NCBI GenBank assembly: GCA_019058315.1
Contig: JAHPZH010000004.1
Span: 224,001-288,000, forward strand
Direction: 5' to 3'
Length of the DNA: 64,000 nucleotides
Source of the DNA: Candidatus Helarchaeota archaeon
GTDB lineage: Archaea; Asgardarchaeota; Lokiarchaeia; Helarchaeales; RDOG01
The first letter of the stretch is position 1; the number at the start of each line of letters is the position of its first letter. Below, piece after piece: positions 29,685 through 40,126 of this stretch. The translations under genes and the position numbers were made by a program. The notes under the pieces were generated by a model. That model was not told where the DNA came from, did no database searches, and worked only from the letters and a program-made list of their open reading frames with translations.

Positions 29685-29808
29685 GCAGAGGTGTCCGAGT
29701 CTGGTCAAAGAAACAGCTTTCAGTATGCTGATTAATTTAACTAAAGGAGCAGGACTGAGGCTCCTGTGGCGAAGGCCTGCGTGGGTTCGAAGCCCATCCT
29801 CTGCACCA
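29685..29808 (+). tRNA. tRNA-Leu(GAG) with a 36-nt D-loop intron (about 21/22, 29709-29744); CCA encoded
   Basis: Acceptor stem GCAGAGG/CCTCTGC; anticodon arm CAGGA-CTGAGGC-TCCTG; long variable arm; relaxed BHB. Confidence 0.9.
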
Positions 29809-29841
29809 TCTAAAAAAACTAATTAATTTATAATGATTTAA

Positions 29842-30396
29842 ATGCAAGATATTATTAAAAACACTAAAAATATAATGAAACAGCGAGGCTACAAGATAAA
29901 AGAGCAGGAAAAAGTAGATAAGAACAAAGTTTTTTTAATATGTGAAAAGGCGACAGGAAAGACCACAGAATCTGCTCAAGTACTGATCTTAGGAGAGGTT
30001 GAAACACTCGGAGTAGCGATGGTAAGAGATATCGTAAAAGAAATGAATAAGAAAAAAATTAAAAATAAATTGATAATAGGTTCTGGCAAAGTCACAAGAA
30101 GTGCAAAAAATGAAATGATTGCAAATAAAATTGATTTTATTCCAACACAATTAGTCTTAATGAATATCCTAGAACATGAATTTGTTCCAAAACATGAAAT
30201 AATTCCACATGAAGAGATACAAACAATATTGGAAAAATATAGAATTACTGAAGATTTGCTTCCACAAATCTTAGATACAGATCCCGTCTCTAAAATTATA
30301 GGCGCTAAGCCCGGCGACGTTGTTAAAATAACTCGTAAAAGTCTTACAGCTGGTGAAAGCATAATCTACCGTCTATGTGTAAAAGGTGAAGAATGA
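29842..30396 (+). CDS. rpo5: RNA polymerase subunit Rpo5/RpoH with an RPB5-like N-terminal domain
   Basis: C-terminal NILEHEFVPKHEI...LPQILDTDPV..IIGAKPGDVVKITRKSLTAG...YR, plus about 100 extra N-terminal residues. Confidence 0.92.
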   Translation: MQDIIKNTKNIMKQRGYKIKEQEKVDKNKVFLICEKATGKTTESAQVLILGEVETLGVAMVRDIVKEMNKKKIKNKLIIGSGKVTRSAKNEMIANKIDFIPTQLVLMNILEHEFVPKHEIIPHEEIQTILEKYRITEDLLPQILDTDPVSKIIGAKPGDVVKITRKSLTAGESIIYRLCVKGEE

Positions 30397-30440
30397 AATT
30401 TTTTAATTAATTACTTTCTAATCTTCTCTTCTTATCTATT

Positions 30441-30677
30441 CTATAATTCTTTTGCATATCTATTTGCAAGATAACAAGTTTTTATTATTATATCCACTAA
30501 TTCCTTACTGGTAAATATTATTATTTCTTCATTTGTATCAAAGTATAATTTGAAACATTCATAAACTTTCTTACTTTCATTCCATCTAATGCTCAATTTG
30601 AATTCCCGCTTTTTGTCCTCCCAAATTCCAAAATTTTTTACATTTCCGTGTTGAAAATCTAAAATATCTATCTTCAT
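30441..30677 (-). CDS. Small hypothetical protein
   Basis: ORF track 78 aa filling an intergenic gap. Confidence 0.5.
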   Translation of the reverse strand: MKIDILDFQHGNVKNFGIWEDKKREFKLSIRWNESKKVYECFKLYFDTNEEIIIFTSKELVDIIIKTCYLANRYAKEL

Positions 30678-30754
30678 TTTTCTATATTATTTAATTTTAA
30701 TCCTTAGTATATTATTGATATGGGATGAATGATTGTAAACCTGGATGTGTAAAA

Positions 30755-32065
30755 ATGAAGGTTTTATTAATATATCCACCATATTTTTTAAATACGGGTT
30801 TGGGAGCTATGATGAAATCTCCACCTCTTCCTTTATTACAGTTAGCAGCAATGATTCCAAACCATGAAGTTGAAATTATTGATTTAAATGTTATACCTGA
30901 ATTAGATTACGATATTATTGAGGAGAAAATTTCTAAATTTGATATGGTAGGTATAACTTGCATGTCAAATATGCTTAATAATGCACTAAAACTCTGTGAA
31001 TTAGCCAAACAGCATGATGTTACTACAGTTCTTGGTGGATTCCACCCTACACTAAAGCCAGACGTAATTAAATACCCAAATATTGATTATATTGTTAGAG
31101 GAGAAGGTGAGTACACATTTAAAGAATTAGTAGATGGTCTAAATCCAGTAAAGATTCTAGGACTAAGTTACAAAAAAAATGGAGAATGTCATCATAATAA
31201 ACCAAGACCATTTATTCCAGATTTGGATATATTGCCTTACCCAAGAAAAGATTTGGTGGATTATAAGCCATATATTACTTTTGGGATGCCTGGTGACGTG
31301 GTTGAAACTTCTCGAGGATGTCCATTCGATTGTCATTTTTGTTGTGTTTCAAAATTTTATGGTCGAACTTATCGAAAAAAATCCCCTCTTCGAGTTATTA
31401 AGGAATTAGAATTAGTGCCCAAAACACAAATAAGTGTATTTTTCACAGATGATAACTTTACACTAGATCATAAACGAGTAGAGGAAATTTGCAATTTAAT
31501 TCACGAACGTAAACTTCATAGGAAATTAATGTTTTCTTGCCAAGCGCGAGTAGATGATATTGCACAGAATCTTGGATTAGTTAAAAAGATGGCTGAAAGT
31601 AAATTCTTTGTTTTTTTTATGGGATTTGAAAGTCTTAAGCAAGAGAGTCTCGATATAATAAAAAAGCAAGTGAAATTACCATTATTCAAAAAAGCAATAA
31701 AAAATTGTCATGATAATAAGATTCTAGTGTTTGGATCTTTTATTATTGGAAATATCGATGAAACAAGAGAAGATATGCTGCAATTACCCAAATTAGTAAA
31801 AGAGTTAAAAATTGATTTAGCATATGCAACTTCTCTCATTCCATTCCCTGGAACAAGATTATGGGATCAAGCCGTTGCTAATGGATGGATTGATAAAGAT
31901 TTTGACTGGACTAAATTTGATCTTAGTGAACCTATAATGAGAACACCTGATCTATCAAAAAAAGAAATACATGAATTACTTGAGAATTTCTATAAATCAT
32001 TTTACAAAGTTAATTTCCCTACTGGCATGTTTAAGAACTTATTAATAAATCCTCAAGACCAATAA
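30755..32065 (+). CDS. B12-binding radical SAM protein
   Basis: VLGGFHPT, VRGEGE, ETSRGCPFDCHFC (CxxxCxxC), DDNF, GFES, PFPGT. ATG 30755 (MKVLLIYPP) preferred. Confidence 0.92.
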   Translation: MKVLLIYPPYFLNTGLGAMMKSPPLPLLQLAAMIPNHEVEIIDLNVIPELDYDIIEEKISKFDMVGITCMSNMLNNALKLCELAKQHDVTTVLGGFHPTLKPDVIKYPNIDYIVRGEGEYTFKELVDGLNPVKILGLSYKKNGECHHNKPRPFIPDLDILPYPRKDLVDYKPYITFGMPGDVVETSRGCPFDCHFCCVSKFYGRTYRKKSPLRVIKELELVPKTQISVFFTDDNFTLDHKRVEEICNLIHERKLHRKLMFSCQARVDDIAQNLGLVKKMAESKFFVFFMGFESLKQESLDIIKKQVKLPLFKKAIKNCHDNKILVFGSFIIGNIDETREDMLQLPKLVKELKIDLAYATSLIPFPGTRLWDQAVANGWIDKDFDWTKFDLSEPIMRTPDLSKKEIHELLENFYKSFYKVNFPTGMFKNLLINPQDQ

Positions 32066-32547
32066 ATTTGAATATTCCTTATTTGGGGATAATAGAGACG
32101 GGATTATATAGTTAAAAAACTAAATTTGAAAGTTTTATTAAAAATATTCTTCTATTAATACCTTTATTAATCTCTTTTTATACAATTATTATCCATTTTA
32201 CAAAATCATTCAATTAATTACATGAAATAATTATAAGATAGGGATGAATTGTAACAAAACATTAGTGTGAATATTTATATGAGGGATATAATCTGAAATG
32301 AGGAGAAATCTAATATAAAAATAAATTTTTAAAGATTATTTGGAAACTAACATTGAATTTTTGATCAAATTTTGAAGCAAATTTATATATAACTTAATTT
32401 ATTATTTAAATCAGAAAGATCTTGAGATTTTTATTAATTTTATATATCTTTCTACTTTTAAAATATAGTTTGTCTAAAAATCGAATTGGGAAATTCTTTT
32501 TTTAAATGATAAATTAAAACATAGTTTATTTAACAGTTGATTTAAAT

Positions 32548-33039
32548 ATGACTGAAAGCGTTGAAGAATTTAAAATTGTTGATGAATTAAAACCTGATTT
32601 AAGGGGCATCAATATAAAAGTAAAATGTAGTTCAATAAATGATGAAAAAGAAATAGTTTCTAGAAAAACTGGAGAAAAATTAAGAGTTACCGAAGCATTA
32701 GTCGGTGATGAGACAGGAAGTATATATTTATCCCTATGGAACGACGATATTGATAAAATTGAAATGGGCCATGTTTATCAATTAACGAATGTTTATACTA
32801 AAGTATTTAAAGGCTCTTTAAGACTAAATATTGGAAGATATGGAAGTTTTGAAGAAATAAATGGAGAAGAAAATATAGAAATAAACATTGAAAATAATCT
32901 TTCGGATAAATATTATGAAGAACCTCGAAGATATCGCTCAAGTGGATATAATAGGGGATATGGCAATAGTAGATTTAGTGGCGGGCGAAAATCTTATAAA
33001 AACAATAGAAGAAGTTCCTATCGAAAATGGAATTATTAG
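32548..33039 (+). CDS. ssb: Single-OB-fold ssDNA-binding protein with an R/G/Y/S-rich tail
   Basis: VTEALVGDETGSIYLSLW, LRLNIGRYG. Confidence 0.88.
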   Translation: MTESVEEFKIVDELKPDLRGINIKVKCSSINDEKEIVSRKTGEKLRVTEALVGDETGSIYLSLWNDDIDKIEMGHVYQLTNVYTKVFKGSLRLNIGRYGSFEEINGEENIEINIENNLSDKYYEEPRRYRSSGYNRGYGNSRFSGGRKSYKNNRRSSYRKWNY

Positions 33040-33231
33040 AATAAAGATAAATAATAAGCAAATTAATTATAGAAGTATTTTTTAAATAAAACCAAAAAAT
33101 ATCTTCTGCTTTTTTTTTAAATTTAAATAAAACATCCTATTATTTAATTTACGTTTTTTTGGGTACTGTTAGAGTTTGGATAAAATTTGATAGTTTGAGG
33201 ATTTATATAAATAAAAAAAAGAAAAGGTAGC

Positions 33232-34476
33232 TTACTCTTCATGGACCCTAAACAGGTCTATGTCACCAGGGGCTTTTGGAGCTTTCTCAGCTAATAATCT
33301 GACAAATTCCCTTGTAGAACGTTCTATATCACGAGATTGTGTTATATATCTACCTACTATTATTATATCTGCTCCACTACGAAGTGCTTCAGGCGCAGAA
33401 TCGGGACGAATGCCTCCAGCAACTGCAATAAGCATTCTCTCTTTTGGAAACTCTTGTTTTATCATCGCCACCATCTCAGCACGGCTTGTAATCTTGTCCA
33501 TACCACTGCCTTCTCCAGCTTCCGTATCTATAGCCTTGTGTAAAATGACTACATCGGGTAATTCTTTCATAGATTTCAATTTACTTATCGGATCGGGAAC
33601 ATTCATCATATCTACAATTGCATATATACCCACACGTTTTGCTTCGTAAATGAATTTATCCAAAGATTCCTTGTTTGCAAGTGCAGATGCTACTACTCCA
33701 TCTGCTGTTTCTTCATAAGCCATATCAACTTCTACTTTACCCACATCTAGAGTTTTTAAATCTGCTATAAAGAAAACATCTTTAGCTCCATCCACCTGAC
33801 GTAGCTCGTTAATGATAGAAACACCATACCGTTTAATCAATGGCGTTCCGGCTTCTAAAATAATCCTGTCACTCTTTGCCATTTCTTGTATGACTCTTTT
33901 CGCCATTTTAATTGAGGGATTATCCAAAGCAATTTGAAGGTAGGGTGGACGCCATAGACGTGGAACTTTAAAGCCCATGATAGGATGGCGGGCACGGTCC
34001 TTATCATACAATATCTTCTGTAAATCTGGATATCTCGTTAAAGCTCGTTTAAGTGCTAATTTAGTCGCCCCATAATTATAATGATATATCTTTCGCATAT
34101 CTTTTGCTTGAGGGCTGATAAATACACTAACGACGATTACCCACTCATCTAATTTATCAGAAGGAATAATCCCTTCTTCTACTGCATCCGCAATGGATTT
34201 TGCTACACTAGCCTGAGCAGGACCAAAGATTTTAGAGATATCTTCTCCAGTTTTGACTGTAACCTTCGGAATTATTGCAGTGAATGGTTTAGGTGGAAGA
34301 TTAGGACGAATAACTGCAAGTAGTGGGGTATGTCCCATAGAAAGCTGAGATAACGCATTTGCAAATGCTATACCAACGGGACCACTTTTATCACCTATCA
34401 TCAAGTCAATGTGTGCAACTTCTGCTCCAGAACCTAATAATGCTTCTCCTATTTCAAATACTTGTTTCATTACCAA
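33232..34476 (-). CDS. fae-hps: Bifunctional formaldehyde-activating enzyme / 3-hexulose-6-phosphate synthase
   Basis: GEAL.G.G.EVAHIDLMIG, NYGATKLALKRA (Fae); LQIALD, EAGTPLIK, DLKTLDVG, AVAGGI (Hps). Confidence 0.93.
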   Translation of the reverse strand: MVMKQVFEIGEALLGSGAEVAHIDLMIGDKSGPVGIAFANALSQLSMGHTPLLAVIRPNLPPKPFTAIIPKVTVKTGEDISKIFGPAQASVAKSIADAVEEGIIPSDKLDEWVIVVSVFISPQAKDMRKIYHYNYGATKLALKRALTRYPDLQKILYDKDRARHPIMGFKVPRLWRPPYLQIALDNPSIKMAKRVIQEMAKSDRIILEAGTPLIKRYGVSIINELRQVDGAKDVFFIADLKTLDVGKVEVDMAYEETADGVVASALANKESLDKFIYEAKRVGIYAIVDMMNVPDPISKLKSMKELPDVVILHKAIDTEAGEGSGMDKITSRAEMVAMIKQEFPKERMLIAVAGGIRPDSAPEALRSGADIIIVGRYITQSRDIERSTREFVRLLAEKAPKAPGDIDLFRVHEE

Positions 34477-34486
34477 GTTAAATACC

Positions 34487-34903
34487 TCATTTAATTATTT
34501 CTCTTCCTTTTTTATCTAATTGATACAATCCTTTTTCGATTTTTTTAATAAATCCTTTATCAAGTAGGCTTTTGATTAGTTTACTTATCCAAGATCGGGA
34601 TATTGTAGGAAGTTCTTTTACCATCAATTTAGGACTAGCAACGCTAAATTTTTCAATAATTTTTAATATTTTATATTCCGATAATGACCCTTCATACTCT
34701 AGGAGCTTCTCAATCTCATCAGACTGAGATAAATACTGTTCTATCAATTTGCCCACTTCTAAAAAATATAAATTATAATCTTGTAACAAGGGATTTACTT
34801 TATTTTCTATTTTAAGCAGCCCTTTTTTATTCAATTTCTGGATCATGTCTTCTGTTAGTTCAAGATTCCTTTCTAAAATTTCTAAAGTCGGCAATTGATA
34901 CAC
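34487..34903 (-). CDS. Winged-helix domain protein
   Basis: ISRSWISKLIKSLLDKGFIKKIEKGLYQL. Confidence 0.7.
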   Translation of the reverse strand: MYQLPTLEILERNLELTEDMIQKLNKKGLLKIENKVNPLLQDYNLYFLEVGKLIEQYLSQSDEIEKLLEYEGSLSEYKILKIIEKFSVASPKLMVKELPTISRSWISKLIKSLLDKGFIKKIEKGLYQLDKKGREIIK

Positions 34904-35072
34904 CCAGCTTGAAAAGGACTATACATTAAAATAAAATTAGCATACATATATAAAGATTTTGATCACCAAAATACACGACAAAAACATATTTGTATATAAC
35001 ACTATTTTATTTTATAAAAATTATTTATTAATAATACTAAAAGATTATTTTCACCGATAATGAGGAAAAAAA

Positions 35073-36311
35073 ATGAAGGCAATTTTAATTGTATGTGATG
35101 GAATGGGCGACCGACCTTCAAAATCATTAAATAATAAAACCCCATTAGCTTTTGCAAATACTCCAAACCTTGATAAATTATCAGAGCTTGGTATTAATGG
35201 AATAATGGATCCTATAAAACCAGGCGTTCCTCCTGGCTCAGATACTAGCCATTTAAGTATTTTTGGATACGATCCTTATAAATATTATACAGGAAGGGGT
35301 GGATTTGAGGCTTTAGGAATTGGAATGGATCTAAAGCAAGGTGAAATTGCACTTAGAGGAAATTTTGCAACCGTTAATGAAGATCTCATAGTGTTAGATC
35401 GAAGGGCAGGTCGTTATGTCCCAGAAGCAAAAGAATTCGATGCTTTAATAGATAATTATGTCCCTAAATGTGCAAATGATGTTAAAATCATAACCGAACC
35501 TTCAGTTGAACATAGAATTTCTATTAAAATAGTAGGACCCAATCTATCTCCTTATGTTTCTGATGTTGACCCTGAAGATTGTATTAAGATCCATCAATGT
35601 CACCCACTAAACAATAGCCCCGAAGCAAAACGAACAGCAGAAATTATTAATGAATTTACATATTTTACAAATAAAGTCTTAAAAGAAAGTCCAATAAATG
35701 AAAAAAGGAAGAAAGAAAATAGATTACCAGTAAATATTGTAATTTTACGAGGTGCAGGGACAATACCTAATGTGGAATCCATAGAAAAGAGGTTCGACAT
35801 AAGAGCTTCCTATATTGCTGGAGGAGCTTTATATAAAGGCGTCGCACATGCCGTAGGAATGCATCCTATTAATGTTCCTGGTGCTACAGGTGGAATTGAT
35901 ACTGATGTTATGGCAAAAGGAAAAACTGCATTAGACAATTTAGAGAAAAATGATTTTATATTCCTTCATGTAAAGGGCACAGATTCGGCGTCTCATGATG
36001 GAAGTGCAGAAAATAAAATTATGATGATCGAAAAAATAGATAAAATGGTAGGGTTAATTCTAGATAATGTTAATCTTAAGGAAACATTAATCTGTCTAAC
36101 CGCGGATCACACAACTCCGTTTGAAGTCGTCCGTGACCATACAGGAGATCCCGTCCCCCTTGTAATTTGTGCTGAAAATGTGTTAACCGATAATGTAAAA
36201 TCTTATTCCGAATTAACTTGTGCCAAAGGAGGATTGGGGAGAATCCGAGGAGTAAACTTAATTCACATTATAATGGATTTAATAGGTAAAACCAAGAAAT
36301 TTGGAGCTTAA
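35073..36311 (+). CDS. apgM: 2,3-BPG-independent phosphoglycerate mutase
   Basis: [44 protein letters not shown]. Confidence 0.94.
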   Translation: MKAILIVCDGMGDRPSKSLNNKTPLAFANTPNLDKLSELGINGIMDPIKPGVPPGSDTSHLSIFGYDPYKYYTGRGGFEALGIGMDLKQGEIALRGNFATVNEDLIVLDRRAGRYVPEAKEFDALIDNYVPKCANDVKIITEPSVEHRISIKIVGPNLSPYVSDVDPEDCIKIHQCHPLNNSPEAKRTAEIINEFTYFTNKVLKESPINEKRKKENRLPVNIVILRGAGTIPNVESIEKRFDIRASYIAGGALYKGVAHAVGMHPINVPGATGGIDTDVMAKGKTALDNLEKNDFIFLHVKGTDSASHDGSAENKIMMIEKIDKMVGLILDNVNLKETLICLTADHTTPFEVVRDHTGDPVPLVICAENVLTDNVKSYSELTCAKGGLGRIRGVNLIHIIMDLIGKTKKFGA

Positions 36312-36330
36312 GTTATTTTAAAACTAAATT

Positions 36331-37728
36331 TTAACTTTTTAATACTGAAATTACTTGCTCTTTAGCCTTCTGTTCTTCAGATTTTTCTTCTAAGTATTCT
36401 CTTTTTCTGATTTTATAATAGGATTTCTTAAAAAATTTTCTAATTCTTACTATAAAATTTCTAGTCCTTTGTAGAAGTAAAAGAAGGATTCTATATTGAT
36501 GTCCTCCTCCCCAAAATACGAGCTGTTTAATTTTAGTTCGTGCCGTGCCTCTTTCTGGATATGCGATATCATCTAAAGTCTTTCCAAATATCTTTTCTAT
36601 TGCGACAGGTATACTCTCACTTGCAATTTTACTTAATCCATTTATATTTGTCAACTCAAATCTTTTAGCATATTTTTTCGAACTAGAGAAACTCTGCCAA
36701 TTTAAGAATTGACATTGCTGGGATAAGTCCTCAATAGCATAAATTAATTTTTGAATTACAGGCTCTAGATTGATAAGGATTTTTCGATTTTCATATCCTT
36801 CCTTAAAGATTTTTCTTAATATTTTAAGATATTTCACTTGTTCCTTTATAGGGACTCTCCATAATACATGATAAAGATCAAATAGATAATCAGAGTGTGT
36901 TTTTTCAATTTTTTTAAATCGAATTTTAGTCCCTAAATCTTTAAAAAATCGTTTTATATGCTCTTTAAGTGGAATTGAGCTCCATTTCATACGAATTAAA
37001 TTATCTATCTCTACAACTAATTTAGTATATTCATACAAATCTAATTTAAGAATATTCTCTAAATGTTCGTGATCTAGGCATGGTATGTCTATTAAAATAT
37101 TCTCCCGAGTATCGAGATATCTTCGAATAATAAAATAATTATCAGGAACAAAAAATCCTTTAACTTTAACCCTTAATTTTGGTCTATCAACATAAATTGA
37201 ATGGTCTCCTGGATCAAATTTAAAATTAATTTTAGGATCACTTAAAACATCATTTATATTATCATACCTTCCAATTCTTTCCCATAAAAAGTCTGGGACA
37301 CCATGAATGATAGTGGATAAAGCATTAAATTCATTATTTTCATTTTTTTCGAAAATAACCCGTTCCAGATCTCCTAAATGGTCAAATCTCTCAACCGGAG
37401 CTTTACTAAAGGACATTATTCCCCAAAAACAGTAGCGTTCTTTATTTAGATCCAAACCTGCCATTCTCATATTTACACAAACAAAATCATAAGGTTTTGA
37501 ATCCATTAACCATCTGTGAGTTCTCTCCTCCCATTCGAAATCATCGCCAAGACTAGTAATTAATTCTCTTAATTCAGTTAAATCCCCAACTTCCAGTAAT
37601 TTCGACCCAACTTCTTTCGCCTTTAGAAGTTTTAGTTTCTCTTGACGTCTAGCGGATTTTGATATCGCTTTTTGGGAAGCTAATTCCTTCAAATAATCTA
37701 ATTTCGTTAATTTTACCTTGACATTCAT
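36331..37728 (-). CDS. Hypothetical protein
   Basis: ORF track 465 aa; no motif recognised. Confidence 0.75.
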   Translation of the reverse strand: MNVKVKLTKLDYLKELASQKAISKSARRQEKLKLLKAKEVGSKLLEVGDLTELRELITSLGDDFEWEERTHRWLMDSKPYDFVCVNMRMAGLDLNKERYCFWGIMSFSKAPVERFDHLGDLERVIFEKNENNEFNALSTIIHGVPDFLWERIGRYDNINDVLSDPKINFKFDPGDHSIYVDRPKLRVKVKGFFVPDNYFIIRRYLDTRENILIDIPCLDHEHLENILKLDLYEYTKLVVEIDNLIRMKWSSIPLKEHIKRFFKDLGTKIRFKKIEKTHSDYLFDLYHVLWRVPIKEQVKYLKILRKIFKEGYENRKILINLEPVIQKLIYAIEDLSQQCQFLNWQSFSSSKKYAKRFELTNINGLSKIASESIPVAIEKIFGKTLDDIAYPERGTARTKIKQLVFWGGGHQYRILLLLLQRTRNFIVRIRKFFKKSYYKIRKREYLEEKSEEQKAKEQVISVLKS

Positions 37729-38065
37729 AAATTTTCATCTGATTATGGAGAACCTTATTTGAGATTACTGTAAAGATACTATTCCTTTCAAATAGAATAG
37801 AAACTTGAACAATAACTACAAATAAATAAATAATTTAACCTAAAAAAATGTAATGTTATCAGCATATATAGGGGGATAAGAGTCACTTCATTTTGTTTTA
37901 GTTCATTTGATTACATTTGATTTCATCGCTTTCTTTCTTTATTTTAATGTTAATAAATTATTTTAAATCTAAGAATGAGTTAAAATTTATAAACAGATCT
38001 AACCTAATTCTTCCAACCAATTTAAAAAAAACTTAAATTGGTCTAAAAATTAAATGGGGATATAG

Positions 38066-38470
38066 TTGGCTGAAATAGCAAAAACTTTGAAAATAATATG
38101 GCTTATCAACATAATTCCGTGTATTCTCTGGGGCATTTTTTACGTTTTTTTAACTGAATCTGTATATATGACAGATATGACAATCCAATTTAACTCGGTT
38201 GCTGCTACTACAGCGCGATCTGTCGGTATCCTTCTTTTCCTTTTTGCAGCATTTTTAATCAGAATGTATCTACTAGATGACTGGGCTAAAATTCAATTTT
38301 ATGTTGAGTTTTGTCTATGTTGGATCGCATATACTATTGTATTAGATATTTGGAACTTAATTTTCCTTTCTGCATCTCCAATTGGATTTTTATTAACTTT
38401 AATTGGGACGATAGTTCTCATTGTGCTCGAAATTCCTTATATCTACTACTGGCTACAACTAAAAGAATAA
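38066..38470 (+). CDS. Small 4-TM membrane protein
   Basis: Four hydrophobic segments. Confidence 0.75.
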   Translation: MAEIAKTLKIIWLINIIPCILWGIFYVFLTESVYMTDMTIQFNSVAATTARSVGILLFLFAAFLIRMYLLDDWAKIQFYVEFCLCWIAYTIVLDIWNLIFLSASPIGFLLTLIGTIVLIVLEIPYIYYWLQLKE

Positions 38471-38518
38471 TTTAACTATTCTAACTCTTTTTTTTTTAAA
38501 CAAGAAAGAACACAAATA

Positions 38519-38623
38519 AATTTTATAATTTTATGAAAATTTCCACAGTAGAGATCATACCAAGTGGGATAAGATTAAAGAATTTCATAATTTTATAAAA
38601 AATTCCACAGTAGATACCATGCC
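38519..38623 (+). repeat. Imperfect direct repeat of about 43 bp (period 62) upstream of the Lrp gene
   Basis: aattttataattttatgaaaatttccacagtaga versus aatttcataattttataaaaaattccacagtaga. Confidence 0.7.
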
Positions 38624-38666
38624 TGATGAACAATCTTATATCCCAGTTTATTATCTATCATATCTC

Positions 38667-39143
38667 ATGATAACTCTTTCTAATTCTTCTAATAATAAAC
38701 TTGATGACCTTGATATTAAAATTCTAAGTTATCTAATTGAGGATGGTCGACAGTCTTTTATTACAATTGGAAAGGAAATAGGTGTAACTTCTGTTACAGT
38801 AAAGAATCGATTGAATAATATGCAAGCTGATGGAACTGTAAAAGAAATTAGTGCTAAGGTTAACCCAAAGAGCCTTGGATATCATATCTGTACTTTTCTT
38901 AATATAACTTTACATAGCAATAAATACATTCCAAAGGTAGTTAGAATGCTGGAAGAATTAGAAGGAGTAACTCAAGTATTTGTTCTCGCGGGAATTGTCC
39001 AGATTAAGGCGATATTATATACTAAAAATATGGATGATTTTTCATTAATTTTCGCTAAAATATCACAAATCGATGAGATAAAAGAAGTTCATAGTGAAAC
39101 AGTTTTAAACGATTCCATGATGGGTAAATTTATAGTTTCCTAA
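38667..39143 (+). CDS. Lrp/AsnC family transcriptional regulator
   Basis: LDDLDIKILSYLIEDGRQSF..IGKEIGVTSVTVKNRL followed by a RAM-like domain. Track start is 38619; ATG 38667 preferred. Confidence 0.9.
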   Translation: MITLSNSSNNKLDDLDIKILSYLIEDGRQSFITIGKEIGVTSVTVKNRLNNMQADGTVKEISAKVNPKSLGYHICTFLNITLHSNKYIPKVVRMLEELEGVTQVFVLAGIVQIKAILYTKNMDDFSLIFAKISQIDEIKEVHSETVLNDSMMGKFIVS

Positions 39144-39188
39144 ACCAGAAATTTCCAATTTTATTTTAATCAGTCTAAATAAAATATT

Positions 39189-40094
39189 TCAAATTTCTTT
39201 TATACCTGCATCATCCATCATTTGCTTGAAAATCTTACGTACAGCTATGATTTGAGGGTCGGATTTTTCTGGTTGAATTACACGATTTAAAAATGAGAAT
39301 CCATTAATGATACGCTCCTTAAAAGAATCTCCGACATGATCTGCGCCATAAACAAGTCTAAATTCATGTTTAATATTATTATCAAATAAAATCCGGTGTA
39401 ATAATTCTGCACCACGATATAGACCTAGCATATCATCTGTGCCGACTTCTAAATATATTTTAATTCCAGATTCTCTAATTTTCATAGCATATTCCTTAAC
39501 AATGAATGCGGGATTATTGACTTTCCAATATTCTTCATCAATAGGGGATCCGAAAATCTTTTCCATAAAATCTTGTGTTCGATAAAACTTATCCTCTAAC
39601 TTAATATCTTTCCATTCGAGTACAGGTTCTATCCCCGGTTCAAAGGCTAATATTGCAGCGAATTTATCACAATATTTGAAACCCATGCGAAGTGAACCAA
39701 GTCCTCCCATAGACACACCTCCAATAAATGTTTTACTTGGATCATCATAAATACGATATTTTTTGCGTACATAAGGTAATAATTCGCTAATTATAAAGGT
39801 CTCCCATTTCTGTGAACCATCTCTATAGTCCATATATAGACCTCGTTTACAGTGAGGCATAACGAATACCATATCAGGTGTTAATTTCTTCTCCCACATT
39901 TCCTGAATAACCGGACCAATGATATTTTTAAAAAATCCTTGATGACCTCCCCCTCCATGAAGAGTTAACATTAATGGATATGTTTTTTTAGAGGTTTCAT
40001 AATCTTCTGGAAGCATTGCTTCACATTTAATAGGACTTGGAACTAGTTCGGTTTCAATTTTAAATTTCTGAATTTCAAACATACGAAAAACCAA
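39189..40094 (-). CDS. Putative esterase (alpha/beta hydrolase, S-formylglutathione hydrolase/tributyrin esterase-like)
   Basis: YPLMLTLHG, GVSMGG nucleophile elbow, GTDD, GADH. Confidence 0.85.
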   Translation of the reverse strand: MVFRMFEIQKFKIETELVPSPIKCEAMLPEDYETSKKTYPLMLTLHGGGGHQGFFKNIIGPVIQEMWEKKLTPDMVFVMPHCKRGLYMDYRDGSQKWETFIISELLPYVRKKYRIYDDPSKTFIGGVSMGGLGSLRMGFKYCDKFAAILAFEPGIEPVLEWKDIKLEDKFYRTQDFMEKIFGSPIDEEYWKVNNPAFIVKEYAMKIRESGIKIYLEVGTDDMLGLYRGAELLHRILFDNNIKHEFRLVYGADHVGDSFKERIINGFSFLNRVIQPEKSDPQIIAVRKIFKQMMDDAGIKEI

Positions 40095-40126
40095 GTTTCA
40101 TTTATCATATTTTGTTTAAAAACTAT

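Noticed and set aside
30755-32065. Specific call as a GDGT ring synthase or other lipid-modifying radical SAM enzyme
   Set aside because: Only family-level motifs are visible; subfamily assignment needs a phylogeny.
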